From the NCBI GenBank assembly GCA_022616555.1, contig JAKEEG010000075.1:59451-123450 (forward strand): 64,000 nucleotides of DNA, given 5' to 3'. The DNA is from Ignavibacteriota bacterium (lineage in GTDB: Bacteria; Bacteroidota; Ignavibacteria; UBA10030). A program made the position numbers and the translations under genes. Positions 1 to 9,909 of this stretch are shown one piece after another (within the stretch, counting starts at the first letter, position 1; each line of letters begins with the position of its first letter). The notes below the pieces were generated by a model. The model was not told the DNA's origin. It did no database searches and was given only the letters and a program-made list of their open reading frames with translations.

Positions 1-3000
1 TTTCAGGGAAGATTGAATTGTGGTGTACAAAGTCCGGGAGACCCGGCGATTGATGCGAGAGTGCGAGAGATCAGGGCGCGACAATTAGGCAAAGCAGAAG
101 CCGCAGTTCAAATGAAACGTGCGGAGGCATCTCCGGCTTCTTCCGCAACGCTGTTGAGTCCGGATATGTATCTTGGTGCTGTCTCTACAGATACGATAGA
201 AGTCCATGTTGCGCTCGAGGGGGACAACGACTTGTTCCTTACGAAAGGCGAAAACGAAGACTCAGCCATGGCCACCATGCTGGAGACTGCAGCGTACTCC
301 TCAGCAATTTATCTGCGCGACGCTGGAGTGAAAATTATGGTGCCGTTTGTGAGAGTGTGGGAGACTTCTGATCCGTATCCACAAGATATATTTCTTGCTC
401 TGAGCCAGTTCACGTCATACTGGAATGCAAACGAAGATAGTGTTGAGAGAACGATTGCGCATTTATTTGTCAGCTCTGCACAGTGGTCGAGCGTCGGCGG
501 TGTTGCAGGTATTGCGCATCTTAATACGCTCTGTAACAAGCTTGAAGGATATGGCGTAACCGACGTAAAAGACAGCGCGTCGGTTGACCACCTGATTACT
601 TTCGCGCACGAAGTTGGACATAACTTCGGCGCACATCATACGCACAGTTGTTTATGGCCCGGCGGACCGTTCGAGATTTGCTCTGATGTAGAAGGTTCGT
701 GCTATGATGGCCCGGTGAACGGTACAGAGGGGTCGATCATGAGCTATTGCTCGCAACGCGTTGCGGAGTTCGGCCCAATCGTCAGCGCGCTGCTCAGGCG
801 CAACGCCGAAGTTGCGTGGTGCGCGCCTTCGACCGTGCAATCGCCTGTCGCAGCAGCGGATTCTACATTTCTCCAGTCGCTCTATACAGGTACCGACGGA
901 GCTACTTGGACGCATAATACGAATTGGACCGGTGCAGTTGCCGGCCGCTACGGCGTTGCAGTGCGCGCTGGGCGAGTCGTTGCCATCGACTTAGCGGCGA
1001 ACAGTTTGGACGGCGCGTTACCAAGCGGATTGGAGAATTTAACAGAGTTACGCCACCTGAATCTCTCAGGACGAAATCATTATCGTATCACGGAAGTCGA
1101 CCCGCCGAATCCGGAAACCGACCAATCCAACATGAACCACTTGACCGGTCAATTGCCATCAGGTATCGACGCGTTGAACAAACTTGAGTATCTCAACCTT
1201 AGTAATAACCAGTTTAACGGGTCGGTTCCGTCGGGAATCGGCAATCTTACGGAATTGCGCTGGCTGGATTTATCGGAGAACCAATTCAGCGGAACTATTC
1301 CAACTTCACTTGGCGACTTAGACAGTCTTGAACTGCTCGATTTGTCGCGCAATCCATTGACCGGGGGCATTCCTACCGAACTTGGTTCGTTGACAAATCT
1401 GCGGTTTTTAGTTTTAACTGATATGGGCGGGTTGGGTGGAAGTCTTCCCGCTTCACTCGGCTCGTTGACGAAGCTGAGAGTTCTCTTGGCTTACAAAGCA
1501 GGTCTGACGGGTTCTATTCCGGTGGAGTTGGGCAACCTCACGCAACTGACCAATATCGACCTTAGCACGAACCAACTTACAGGCTCAATTCCTACAGAAC
1601 TGGGGAACCTCGCCGCGTTGCAAAATTTATCGCTGTTGGAAAATCAACTCACCGGAAGCATTCCCGCTTCGCTTGGACAATTGGATAAACTTGTTGGACT
1701 GGTGTTAAGCAGTAATATGCTGAGTGGCGCTATACCGGAAGAAATCGGGAACATGAATGTTTGGAAACTCATGTTGGGGAAAAATCAGCTTACCGGAGAG
1801 ATCCCGGCGTCATTCGCGAATCTTACACAGGTGGTGGAGTTAGATCTCAGCGAAAATAATTTAACGGGTACGTTGTTGGAGACATTCAAAGATATCGGCA
1901 GTGAATTCTATCCTGGACTGCCTGGGTTCCTCGAATTCACCGTTCACGATAATCATCTTACGGGACCATTCCCGGATTGGCTTGGAACTGAATCGCACTT
2001 TAACGCGCTGAGCACGTTGAAGCTGGGCGGAAATGACTTCACCGTGACGACAGTGCCCGAATGGATTGCCTCCAAACAATTCCTCGGGCGGTTGTGGTTG
2101 CACGACCTTGGATTTACAGGCGAGCTACCGTCTGAAATCGGCCTTCTCGCGTTTTTGTTTGAACTGAATCTTGCCGGGAATAATTTCGAGAGCATGTCGA
2201 ATCTGAATAACGTATCCTTGAAGCAGCTCGGTGCGTTTACGGCAATCGAGGCTAACAAGCTCACATTTGAGGATATCGTCCCGGTGCTGGAGTTCGAATT
2301 ACAGAGCTTGACGTATATCCCCCAACAACCGTTGGGTGAACCCGTAAATCTCGATGTTGAACCGGGTGGACAAGTAGTCATGACTGTCCAAGCAGGCGGG
2401 GAGGGGAATACGTATCAATGGTTCAAGGACGGCCAGGAGATTAACGGAGCGACTGACACGGTCTATACGATTGCTTCTATATCCGCGGCAGATTCGGGCG
2501 TTTATATCGCAGAAGTGAAGAATGCCGCAGTTCCGTTATTAACGTTGGTAAGGAATCCGTATCACATTTCCCTGTACACGGAAGGCTTCCCGCACACCGT
2601 CACCCTGTTGCTACCGGCCCCTGGCGCAACGGACTTAACAAATCCGGTTACGTTAAGCTGGAATACGGATTCGCTTTCCGACAGCTACCATGTGAACGTC
2701 GATACGTCGCAGGCATTTAGCTCCCCGCTCCTTATCGATAGCGTATCAGTAGCCGATACGACGCTGGATTTGGCAACATTATCGAGTATCGGTCCCTATT
2801 ACTGGAGGGTGAGGGGCGTCAACGGGCTGGGACAGGGTAACTGGTCGGAAACCAGGTCATTCAGCATGTCGTCAATCGTAAGTGTAGAGGGGGTGCCGGA
2901 TGTTCCGACTGAATATGCGCTCTTGCAAAATTATCCGAATCCCTTTAACCCGCGCACAAATTTTGAAGTACGTGTTGCGCAAGGCGGCATTGTCCGGTTG

Positions 3001-3171
3001 GTGGTCTATGATTTGCTCGGAAGAGAAATCGCAACGCTCCTTAACCAGGAGCTTCAGCCGGGCGCGTATCGCGTATCATGGGATGCAACCGGCTTGACGA
3101 GTGGAATCTATCTCTACCGAATGACGGCAGGTTCGTTTGTAGCAACAAGAAAATTATTTTTGGTGAAGTAA
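1..3171 (+). CDS. 5'-truncated mirror copy of the M12B metalloprotease-LRR-T9SS gene (runs off the window start)
   Basis: Frame is open from base 1 (FQGRLNCG...) and the translation is identical to the C-terminal part of 3256..6960(-). Possibly an artefact copy. Confidence 0.5.
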   Translation, partial: FQGRLNCGVQSPGDPAIDARVREIRARQLGKAEAAVQMKRAEASPASSATLLSPDMYLGAVSTDTIEVHVALEGDNDLFLTKGENEDSAMATMLETAAYSSAIYLRDAGVKIMVPFVRVWETSDPYPQDIFLALSQFTSYWNANEDSVERTIAHLFVSSAQWSSVGGVAGIAHLNTLCNKLEGYGVTDVKDSASVDHLITFAHEVGHNFGAHHTHSCLWPGGPFEICSDVEGSCYDGPVNGTEGSIMSYCSQRVAEFGPIVSALLRRNAEVAWCAPSTVQSPVAAADSTFLQSLYTGTDGATWTHNTNWTGAVAGRYGVAVRAGRVVAIDLAANSLDGALPSGLENLTELRHLNLSGRNHYRITEVDPPNPETDQSNMNHLTGQLPSGIDALNKLEYLNLSNNQFNGSVPSGIGNLTELRWLDLSENQFSGTIPTSLGDLDSLELLDLSRNPLTGGIPTELGSLTNLRFLVLTDMGGLGGSLPASLGSLTKLRVLLAYKAGLTGSIPVELGNLTQLTNIDLSTNQLTGSIPTELGNLAALQNLSLLENQLTGSIPASLGQLDKLVGLVLSSNMLSGAIPEEIGNMNVWKLMLGKNQLTGEIPASFANLTQVVELDLSENNLTGTLLETFKDIGSEFYPGLPGFLEFTVHDNHLTGPFPDWLGTESHFNALSTLKLGGNDFTVTTVPEWIASKQFLGRLWLHDLGFTGELPSEIGLLAFLFELNLAGNNFESMSNLNNVSLKQLGAFTAIEANKLTFEDIVPVLEFELQSLTYIPQQPLGEPVNLDVEPGGQVVMTVQAGGEGNTYQWFKDGQEINGATDTVYTIASISAADSGVYIAEVKNAAVPLLTLVRNPYHISLYTEGFPHTVTLLLPAPGATDLTNPVTLSWNTDSLSDSYHVNVDTSQAFSSPLLIDSVSVADTTLDLATLSSIGPYYWRVRGVNGLGQGNWSETRSFSMSSIVSVEGVPDVPTEYALLQNYPNPFNPRTNFEVRVAQGGIVRLVVYDLLGREIATLLNQELQPGAYRVSWDATGLTSGIYLYRMTAGSFVATRKLFLVK

Positions 3172-3194
3172 CGACCCTCCAAACGGATAGCGTG

Positions 3195-3232
3195 AAAACA
3201 CAAAGCCCCCGAATTCGGGGGCTTTGTGTTTT
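3195..3232. terminator. Bidirectional intrinsic terminator-like hairpin at the palindrome centre
   Basis: AAAACACAAAGCCCCC-GAATTC-GGGGGCTTTGTGTTTT, about 25 nt after the stop codon. Confidence 0.7.
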
Positions 3233-3255
3233 CACGCTATCCGTTTGGAGGGTCG

Positions 3256-6200
3256 TTACTTCACCAAAAATAATTTTCTTGTTGCTACAAACGAACCTGC
3301 CGTCATTCGGTAGAGATAGATTCCACTCGTCAAGCCGGTTGCATCCCATGATACGCGATACGCGCCCGGCTGAAGCTCCTGGTTAAGGAGCGTTGCGATT
3401 TCTCTTCCGAGCAAATCATAGACCACCAACCGGACAATGCCGCCTTGCGCAACACGTACTTCAAAATTTGTGCGCGGGTTAAAGGGATTCGGATAATTTT
3501 GCAAGAGCGCATATTCAGTCGGAACATCCGGCACCCCCTCTACACTTACGATTGACGACATGCTGAATGACCTGGTTTCCGACCAGTTACCCTGTCCCAG
3601 CCCGTTGACGCCCCTCACCCTCCAGTAATAGGGACCGATACTCGATAATGTTGCCAAATCCAGCGTCGTATCGGCTACTGATACGCTATCGATAAGGAGC
3701 GGGGAGCTAAATGCCTGCGACGTATCGACGTTCACATGGTAGCTGTCGGAAAGCGAATCCGTATTCCAGCTTAACGTAACCGGATTTGTTAAGTCCGTTG
3801 CGCCAGGGGCCGGTAGCAACAGGGTGACGGTGTGCGGGAAGCCTTCCGTGTACAGGGAAATGTGATACGGATTCCTTACCAACGTTAATAACGGAACTGC
3901 GGCATTCTTCACTTCTGCGATATAAACGCCCGAATCTGCCGCGGATATAGAAGCAATCGTATAGACCGTGTCAGTCGCTCCGTTAATCTCCTGGCCGTCC
4001 TTGAACCATTGATACGTATTCCCCTCCCCGCCTGCTTGGACAGTCATGACTACTTGTCCACCCGGTTCAACATCGAGATTTACGGGTTCACCCAACGGTT
4101 GTTGGGGGATATACGTCAAGCTCTGTAATTCGAACTCCAGCACCGGGACGATATCCTCAAATGTGAGCTTGTTAGCCTCGATTGCCGTAAACGCACCGAG
4201 CTGCTTCAAGGATACGTTATTCAGATTCGACATGCTCTCGAAATTATTCCCGGCAAGATTCAGTTCAAACAAAAACGCGAGAAGGCCGATTTCAGACGGT
4301 AGCTCGCCTGTAAATCCAAGGTCGTGCAACCACAACCGCCCGAGGAATTGTTTGGAGGCAATCCATTCGGGCACTGTCGTCACGGTGAAGTCATTTCCGC
4401 CCAGCTTCAACGTGCTCAGCGCGTTAAAGTGCGATTCAGTTCCAAGCCAATCCGGGAATGGTCCCGTAAGATGATTATCGTGAACGGTGAATTCGAGGAA
4501 CCCAGGCAGTCCAGGATAGAATTCACTGCCGATATCTTTGAATGTCTCCAACAACGTACCCGTTAAATTATTTTCGCTGAGATCTAACTCCACCACCTGT
4601 GTAAGATTCGCGAATGACGCCGGGATCTCTCCGGTAAGCTGATTTTTCCCCAACATGAGTTTCCAAACATTCATGTTCCCGATTTCTTCCGGTATAGCGC
4701 CACTCAGCATATTACTGCTTAACACCAGTCCAACAAGTTTATCCAATTGTCCAAGCGAAGCGGGAATGCTTCCGGTGAGTTGATTTTCCAACAGCGATAA
4801 ATTTTGCAACGCGGCGAGGTTCCCCAGTTCTGTAGGAATTGAGCCTGTAAGTTGGTTCGTGCTAAGGTCGATATTGGTCAGTTGCGTGAGGTTGCCCAAC
4901 TCCACCGGAATAGAACCCGTCAGACCTGCTTTGTAAGCCAAGAGAACTCTCAGCTTCGTCAACGAGCCGAGTGAAGCGGGAAGACTTCCACCCAACCCGC
5001 CCATATCAGTTAAAACTAAAAACCGCAGATTTGTCAACGAACCAAGTTCGGTAGGAATGCCCCCGGTCAATGGATTGCGCGACAAATCGAGCAGTTCAAG
5101 ACTGTCTAAGTCGCCAAGTGAAGTTGGAATAGTTCCGCTGAATTGGTTCTCCGATAAATCCAGCCAGCGCAATTCCGTAAGATTGCCGATTCCCGACGGA
5201 ACCGACCCGTTAAACTGGTTATTACTAAGGTTGAGATACTCAAGTTTGTTCAACGCGTCGATACCTGATGGCAATTGACCGGTCAAGTGGTTCATGTTGG
5301 ATTGGTCGGTTTCCGGATTCGGCGGGTCGACTTCCGTGATACGATAATGATTTCGTCCTGAGAGATTCAGGTGGCGTAACTCTGTTAAATTCTCCAATCC
5401 GCTTGGTAACGCGCCGTCCAAACTGTTCGCCGCTAAGTCGATGGCAACGACTCGCCCAGCGCGCACTGCAACGCCGTAGCGGCCGGCAACTGCACCGGTC
5501 CAATTCGTATTATGCGTCCAAGTAGCTCCGTCGGTACCTGTATAGAGCGACTGGAGAAATGTAGAATCCGCTGCTGCGACAGGCGATTGCACGGTCGAAG
5601 GCGCGCACCACGCAACTTCGGCGTTGCGCCTGAGCAGCGCGCTGACGATTGGGCCGAACTCCGCAACGCGTTGCGAGCAATAGCTCATGATCGACCCCTC
5701 TGTACCGTTCACCGGGCCATCATAGCACGAACCTTCTACATCAGAGCAAATCTCGAACGGTCCGCCGGGCCATAAACAACTGTGCGTATGATGTGCGCCG
5801 AAGTTATGTCCAACTTCGTGCGCGAAAGTAATCAGGTGGTCAACCGACGCGCTGTCTTTTACGTCGGTTACGCCATATCCTTCAAGCTTGTTACAGAGCG
5901 TATTAAGATGCGCAATACCTGCAACACCGCCGACGCTCGACCACTGTGCAGAGCTGACAAATAAATGCGCAATCGTTCTCTCAACACTATCTTCGTTTGC
6001 ATTCCAGTATGACGTGAACTGGCTCAGAGCAAGAAATATATCTTGTGGATACGGATCAGAAGTCTCCCACACTCTCACAAACGGCACCATAATTTTCACT
6101 CCAGCGTCGCGCAGATAAATTGCTGAGGAGTACGCTGCAGTCTCCAGCATGGTGGCCATGGCTGAGTCTTCGTTTTCGCCTTTCGTAAGGAACAAGTCGT

Positions 6201-6960
6201 TGTCCCCCTCGAGCGCAACATGGACTTCTATCGTATCTGTAGAGACAGCACCAAGATACATATCCGGACTCAACAGCGTTGCGGAAGAAGCCGGAGATGC
6301 CTCCGCACGTTTCATTTGAACTGCGGCTTCTGCTTTGCCTAATTGTCGCGCCCTGATCTCTCGCACTCTCGCATCAATCGCCGGGTCTCCCGGACTTTGT
6401 ACACCACAATTCAATCTTCCCTGAAAGAGCACCGGGTCGGCTTCAAAAAACCTATGCGTACGCGCTCCGTTGGCGACAGATTCGGACTCCAACATATATC
6501 TCCTTCCGCCAATATCAAAGAATGCGCTGACACCGGAACGTGAGAAATTCACCACGACAATCGCCCTGTCGTTGCCCGGAATTTTCCCCGCGTACGAAAC
6601 CCATTGGCTCTGGAACGGGACTTCACGCTCGCCTTGCGCGCCACGCACCACTGTTTTAGCGTTAGGGGTAAAGATTTGGAACGGTTCTAACGCAATTGTT
6701 GAGGGGAGAGAAACTTCAGCTGGAAATTCCAGCATGACGCGCCGGGGTTGCTCCCGTAGCACAGCCGCAATTGCTTCATCGTTGAGAGCGAGGAATTGAG
6801 TCCCGGTTTGAAGTTTTGTTTGTACTTCTCCCGGAGCTAGCTGAGAACTCGACGAGGGAAGCGAAGAAAACCGTACATGTAATTCTTGGGCAACAACTGC
6901 GGTTGAAGACAAGAGCAAAAGGACAGCAACAACACGCGAACGTAATACGGCTTTCATCAT
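3256..6960 (-). CDS. Secreted reprolysin-like (M12B) zinc metalloprotease with LRR array, Ig-like and FN3-like domains and T9SS type A C-terminal sorting domain
   Basis: Signal peptide MMKAVLRSRVVAVLLLLSSTAVVAQ. HEVGHNFGAHH fits HExxHxxGxxH, with Met-turn SIMSY. Repeats of the form LxxLxLSxNxLTGxIPxxLGxL. YQWFKDG Ig motif, YYWRVR FN3 motif, C-terminal LLQNYPNPFNP...GIYLYRM. Confidence 0.9.
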   Translation of the reverse strand: MMKAVLRSRVVAVLLLLSSTAVVAQELHVRFSSLPSSSSQLAPGEVQTKLQTGTQFLALNDEAIAAVLREQPRRVMLEFPAEVSLPSTIALEPFQIFTPNAKTVVRGAQGEREVPFQSQWVSYAGKIPGNDRAIVVVNFSRSGVSAFFDIGGRRYMLESESVANGARTHRFFEADPVLFQGRLNCGVQSPGDPAIDARVREIRARQLGKAEAAVQMKRAEASPASSATLLSPDMYLGAVSTDTIEVHVALEGDNDLFLTKGENEDSAMATMLETAAYSSAIYLRDAGVKIMVPFVRVWETSDPYPQDIFLALSQFTSYWNANEDSVERTIAHLFVSSAQWSSVGGVAGIAHLNTLCNKLEGYGVTDVKDSASVDHLITFAHEVGHNFGAHHTHSCLWPGGPFEICSDVEGSCYDGPVNGTEGSIMSYCSQRVAEFGPIVSALLRRNAEVAWCAPSTVQSPVAAADSTFLQSLYTGTDGATWTHNTNWTGAVAGRYGVAVRAGRVVAIDLAANSLDGALPSGLENLTELRHLNLSGRNHYRITEVDPPNPETDQSNMNHLTGQLPSGIDALNKLEYLNLSNNQFNGSVPSGIGNLTELRWLDLSENQFSGTIPTSLGDLDSLELLDLSRNPLTGGIPTELGSLTNLRFLVLTDMGGLGGSLPASLGSLTKLRVLLAYKAGLTGSIPVELGNLTQLTNIDLSTNQLTGSIPTELGNLAALQNLSLLENQLTGSIPASLGQLDKLVGLVLSSNMLSGAIPEEIGNMNVWKLMLGKNQLTGEIPASFANLTQVVELDLSENNLTGTLLETFKDIGSEFYPGLPGFLEFTVHDNHLTGPFPDWLGTESHFNALSTLKLGGNDFTVTTVPEWIASKQFLGRLWLHDLGFTGELPSEIGLLAFLFELNLAGNNFESMSNLNNVSLKQLGAFTAIEANKLTFEDIVPVLEFELQSLTYIPQQPLGEPVNLDVEPGGQVVMTVQAGGEGNTYQWFKDGQEINGATDTVYTIASISAADSGVYIAEVKNAAVPLLTLVRNPYHISLYTEGFPHTVTLLLPAPGATDLTNPVTLSWNTDSLSDSYHVNVDTSQAFSSPLLIDSVSVADTTLDLATLSSIGPYYWRVRGVNGLGQGNWSETRSFSMSSIVSVEGVPDVPTEYALLQNYPNPFNPRTNFEVRVAQGGIVRLVVYDLLGREIATLLNQELQPGAYRVSWDATGLTSGIYLYRMTAGSFVATRKLFLVK

Positions 6961-7113
6961 GGGCTTGCTCCACGTTTTGTGAAGCAAAAGTATACCCCTT
7001 TTGGTGCTGAATTGCAAGAATGAAGTGGTTCCATATTAACTCTATTTGTCTTGCCTTTTTCTCGTCTTCTTGGTAGGATATATTCGTTGTTTCATTCTGG
7101 AAGGAGAAAACTC

Positions 7114-7707
7114 TTGACGGGCGCTCAAGCAATTCACGAATTGGAACGTATCGTGCAGGAAGCCTGTGCGAAAGAATCCAATATCTTCGGCTATGGTATC
7201 TGGACTCACCATATTACGCGAGTGGTGGAGAACGGAAAAAAACTTGCCCCGCTCTTCGGGGCGAATCAGGAAATTGTGGTGATTGCCGCGTTGCTGCATG
7301 ACTATGCCGGCGTGAAAGACAAATCTCTGTACGATGAACACCACATCCACGGGCCGAAGGAAGCCGAGCGCATCTTGCAACAGCTAGGATACGCGCAGGA
7401 TATCATAGACGCCGTCAAACACTGTATCGAATCTCATCGCGCAAGCGTCGCGAGAGAACGGCGAAGCGCTGAAGCGGAATGTCTCGCAAACGCGGACGCA
7501 CTCAGTCATATCGAAAACGTTCCTTCCCTCTTACATCTTGCGTTCGTCCAGCACCGGATGAACATTGACGACGGAGCATTGTGGGTACGAAAGAAATTGG
7601 AGCGAAGCTGGAACAAACTCGACCTGAGGCTGAAAGAAATGATTCGTGTCCAGTACGAGTCGTCTCTCACCGTACTGACAACTACTAAAAATCCGAGCAA
7701 ACCGTAA
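7114..7707 (+). CDS. HD-domain metal-dependent phosphohydrolase
   Basis: HHITRV...ALLHDY...HH...HR...ADAL motifs. TTG 7114 follows AAGGAG, and the promoter-like TTGCCT-17-TAGGAT at 7051-7079 argues against the longer start. Confidence 0.85.
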   Translation: MTGAQAIHELERIVQEACAKESNIFGYGIWTHHITRVVENGKKLAPLFGANQEIVVIAALLHDYAGVKDKSLYDEHHIHGPKEAERILQQLGYAQDIIDAVKHCIESHRASVARERRSAEAECLANADALSHIENVPSLLHLAFVQHRMNIDDGALWVRKKLERSWNKLDLRLKEMIRVQYESSLTVLTTTKNPSKP

Positions 7708-7930
7708 GAACTTGCGAAATGCCATTCTCAAAGTAAGACTTTACTATTACATTTCTTCAAAGAGACAATCCCAATACAGCGTTTAAAAATGTATCATTAA
7801 ATGGTTTATTTTTGCTAGCTATTTTCGCATAATTGAGCACGATTTCGGGACTCTGACCTAGAATTGCGGTCTGGTTTTTGCGGGGGGTGCCTGGCAGAGA
7901 CTTCCATATATAACCGAAAGGTGTGATACA

Positions 7931-9886
7931 ATGATCCGATGTCGTGTATTTTGTTGGGGCCTAATCGCGGCGCTCCTTCTCCCTAACGTTCTCTTCGCTC
8001 AGGATGCAGTCGATGCCTCTCTCGATTCGCTGTTACAGATCCCCATTACCACGGCAGCAAAATACTGGCAGACGATTGAGGAGGCGCCGGCTTCGGTGAG
8101 TATTATTACTTCTAGCCAGATTGAACGGTTTGGATATCGTACTCTGGAAGATGTGCTCAGGAGCGTGCGTGGGTTCTATATCTCAAACGACCACAATTAT
8201 ACGTACGTCGGCGTACGCGGGTTTAGCAGGCCGACTGACTATAACAACCGCGTACTGTTGCTTCTCAACGGCCACACAACGAATGAAAACGTGTACGGCT
8301 CTTCCGCATTTGGAGCGGACTTCGGGTTATCGTTAGATATGGTCGACCGTATTGAAATCGTGCGAGGCCCCGGCTCCGCATTGTACGGAACAAGCGCGAT
8401 GTTTGCAGTAGTCAACGTTATTACCAAAAAGGGCTTGGCACTCGATGGCTTCCGCTCTTCAGTATCTGCCGGCAGTTTTGGTCTCTACGAGGGGTCACTC
8501 ATCTGGGGAAAAGAATACGATAGTGAGCTCGATGTATTCCTTGGAATGAGCATCTCGGACTATAAGGGTGATGACCTGTACTTTTCAGAGTATGACACTG
8601 ATTCAACAAATAACGGTATTGCCGGGAATCTTGATTGGGAACGGTACTGGGGCTTGTTCACAAGAATGTCCTACGGGGATTTTACGCTCCAAGCAAAGAC
8701 CACGCAGCGCAAAAAAGGCGTTCCCTCGGCAGGATGGGGAACTGCCTTCAACAACCCGGGCTTCTACACGCTGGATAAACTTCAACTGGTGGAATTGCTA
8801 TGGAATCACAGTTTCAGCAATACACAAGAGCTTACGATACGCGGGTACTATGACCGCTATGGATACGAGGGAACCTACCCGTACGATACGCCGCTCACCG
8901 ACGGAACCGTGGGAACGTGGGTCGGCACGGAGATGCGTTATCAGTTTGACCCGTCGTCTAACAATAGGATGATTGCCGGTTTTGAGTACCAGCGTCATTT
9001 GCGCGCGGATTACCAAATGTGGTACGCAGGCGAGTATATCTTCGATGGAAATTATCCCTATTCTAACTTTTCGTTGTATATCCAGGACGAATATCAACCG
9101 ACGGAATACCTTTCTCTCACCGCAGGAATACGGTACGATTCCTATTCAACATTCGAAGGCACTACGAATCCGCGAGGTGCGGTGATTTACAATCCGGCGA
9201 AGGGCAGCACAATTAAACTTCTCTACGGAAGAGCTTTTCGTACACCGAACATCTTTGAAGTATATTATACAAATCCGCTCGACGGCTTCAAACAAAGCTC
9301 CGGACTCAAACCCGAAACTATACGGACTGCAGAGCTTGTGTGGGAACAACGGCTGAGCGACCAGTTCTTCAGTATTGTCTCACTCTATGATTATCGCATG
9401 AACAATCTGATCGACCAACAAGTTGATGAGATTGATTCGCTCATACAGTTCAAAAACGTCAACGCGGTGAGAGCTCGCGGCCTTGAGCTTGAGCTCAATT
9501 TCCGGCTTCCGAGCGAGCTACGCGGCTCCATCAGCTATGCAACACAAAAGGCTGAAACGGACCCCAACTGGGTCACGTTGACAAATTCACCACAACACAT
9601 GGTGAAAGCAGGGGTCACGTTCCCTTTAGTGCAGGATATTGAAACCTCGCTCGAGCTGTTCTACGAAAGCCCGCGCAAGACTGTTTACGATACTCAGACT
9701 GATTCTTATGTGTTGACGAACCTCAGCGTCCGTTCGCCTTTGCTTTTTGGAAAGCTCAAATGCTCGGCAACGGTGAGAAATTTGTTTGATAGTAAGTATC
9801 AACTTCCGGGGGGATTGGAGCACATTCAAAATGGAATTCCGCAACCTGGGAGAACGATTTTCTTCAAGGCGGAGCTGCAGCTTTAA
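7931..9886 (+). CDS. TonB-dependent receptor
   Basis: Signal peptide. Plug motifs (APASVSIIT, RIEIVRGPGSALYG, VVNVITKK), barrel motifs (AGIRYD, YGRAFRTP, NLFDSKY) and C-terminal GRTIFFKAELQL. Confidence 0.93.
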   Translation: MIRCRVFCWGLIAALLLPNVLFAQDAVDASLDSLLQIPITTAAKYWQTIEEAPASVSIITSSQIERFGYRTLEDVLRSVRGFYISNDHNYTYVGVRGFSRPTDYNNRVLLLLNGHTTNENVYGSSAFGADFGLSLDMVDRIEIVRGPGSALYGTSAMFAVVNVITKKGLALDGFRSSVSAGSFGLYEGSLIWGKEYDSELDVFLGMSISDYKGDDLYFSEYDTDSTNNGIAGNLDWERYWGLFTRMSYGDFTLQAKTTQRKKGVPSAGWGTAFNNPGFYTLDKLQLVELLWNHSFSNTQELTIRGYYDRYGYEGTYPYDTPLTDGTVGTWVGTEMRYQFDPSSNNRMIAGFEYQRHLRADYQMWYAGEYIFDGNYPYSNFSLYIQDEYQPTEYLSLTAGIRYDSYSTFEGTTNPRGAVIYNPAKGSTIKLLYGRAFRTPNIFEVYYTNPLDGFKQSSGLKPETIRTAELVWEQRLSDQFFSIVSLYDYRMNNLIDQQVDEIDSLIQFKNVNAVRARGLELELNFRLPSELRGSISYATQKAETDPNWVTLTNSPQHMVKAGVTFPLVQDIETSLELFYESPRKTVYDTQTDSYVLTNLSVRSPLLFGKLKCSATVRNLFDSKYQLPGGLEHIQNGIPQPGRTIFFKAELQL

Positions 9887-9909
9887 CGCTGCTGGTTCAT
9901 TCTATCCAG

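Larger units (their letters stand above)
1..6426. repeat. Giant inverted repeat/palindrome, two 3213-bp arms with no spacer, centre GAA|TTC
   Basis: Positions 1-20 TTTCAGGGAAGATTGAATTG are the reverse complement of 6407-6426. Every ORF in the track is mirrored (coordinates sum to 6427) with identical translations. Confidence 0.97.

Noticed and set aside
3041-3386. Two identical 102-aa ORFs crossing the palindrome centre on opposite strands
   Set aside because: A geometric consequence of the palindrome. They overlap the real gene in another frame and show no protein-like features.
4500-5500. 72-bp periodicity suggestive of a CRISPR or other DNA repeat array
   Set aside because: It is the coding LRR array, with degenerate codons and no constant repeat-spacer structure. 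No cas genes are in the window.
7880-7930. GGGGTGCCTGGCAGAGA resembling the 5' part of a TPP riboswitch before the TonB receptor
   Set aside because: Lacks CTGAGA and the downstream ACCTGA..TAATGC..GCGTAGG elements.
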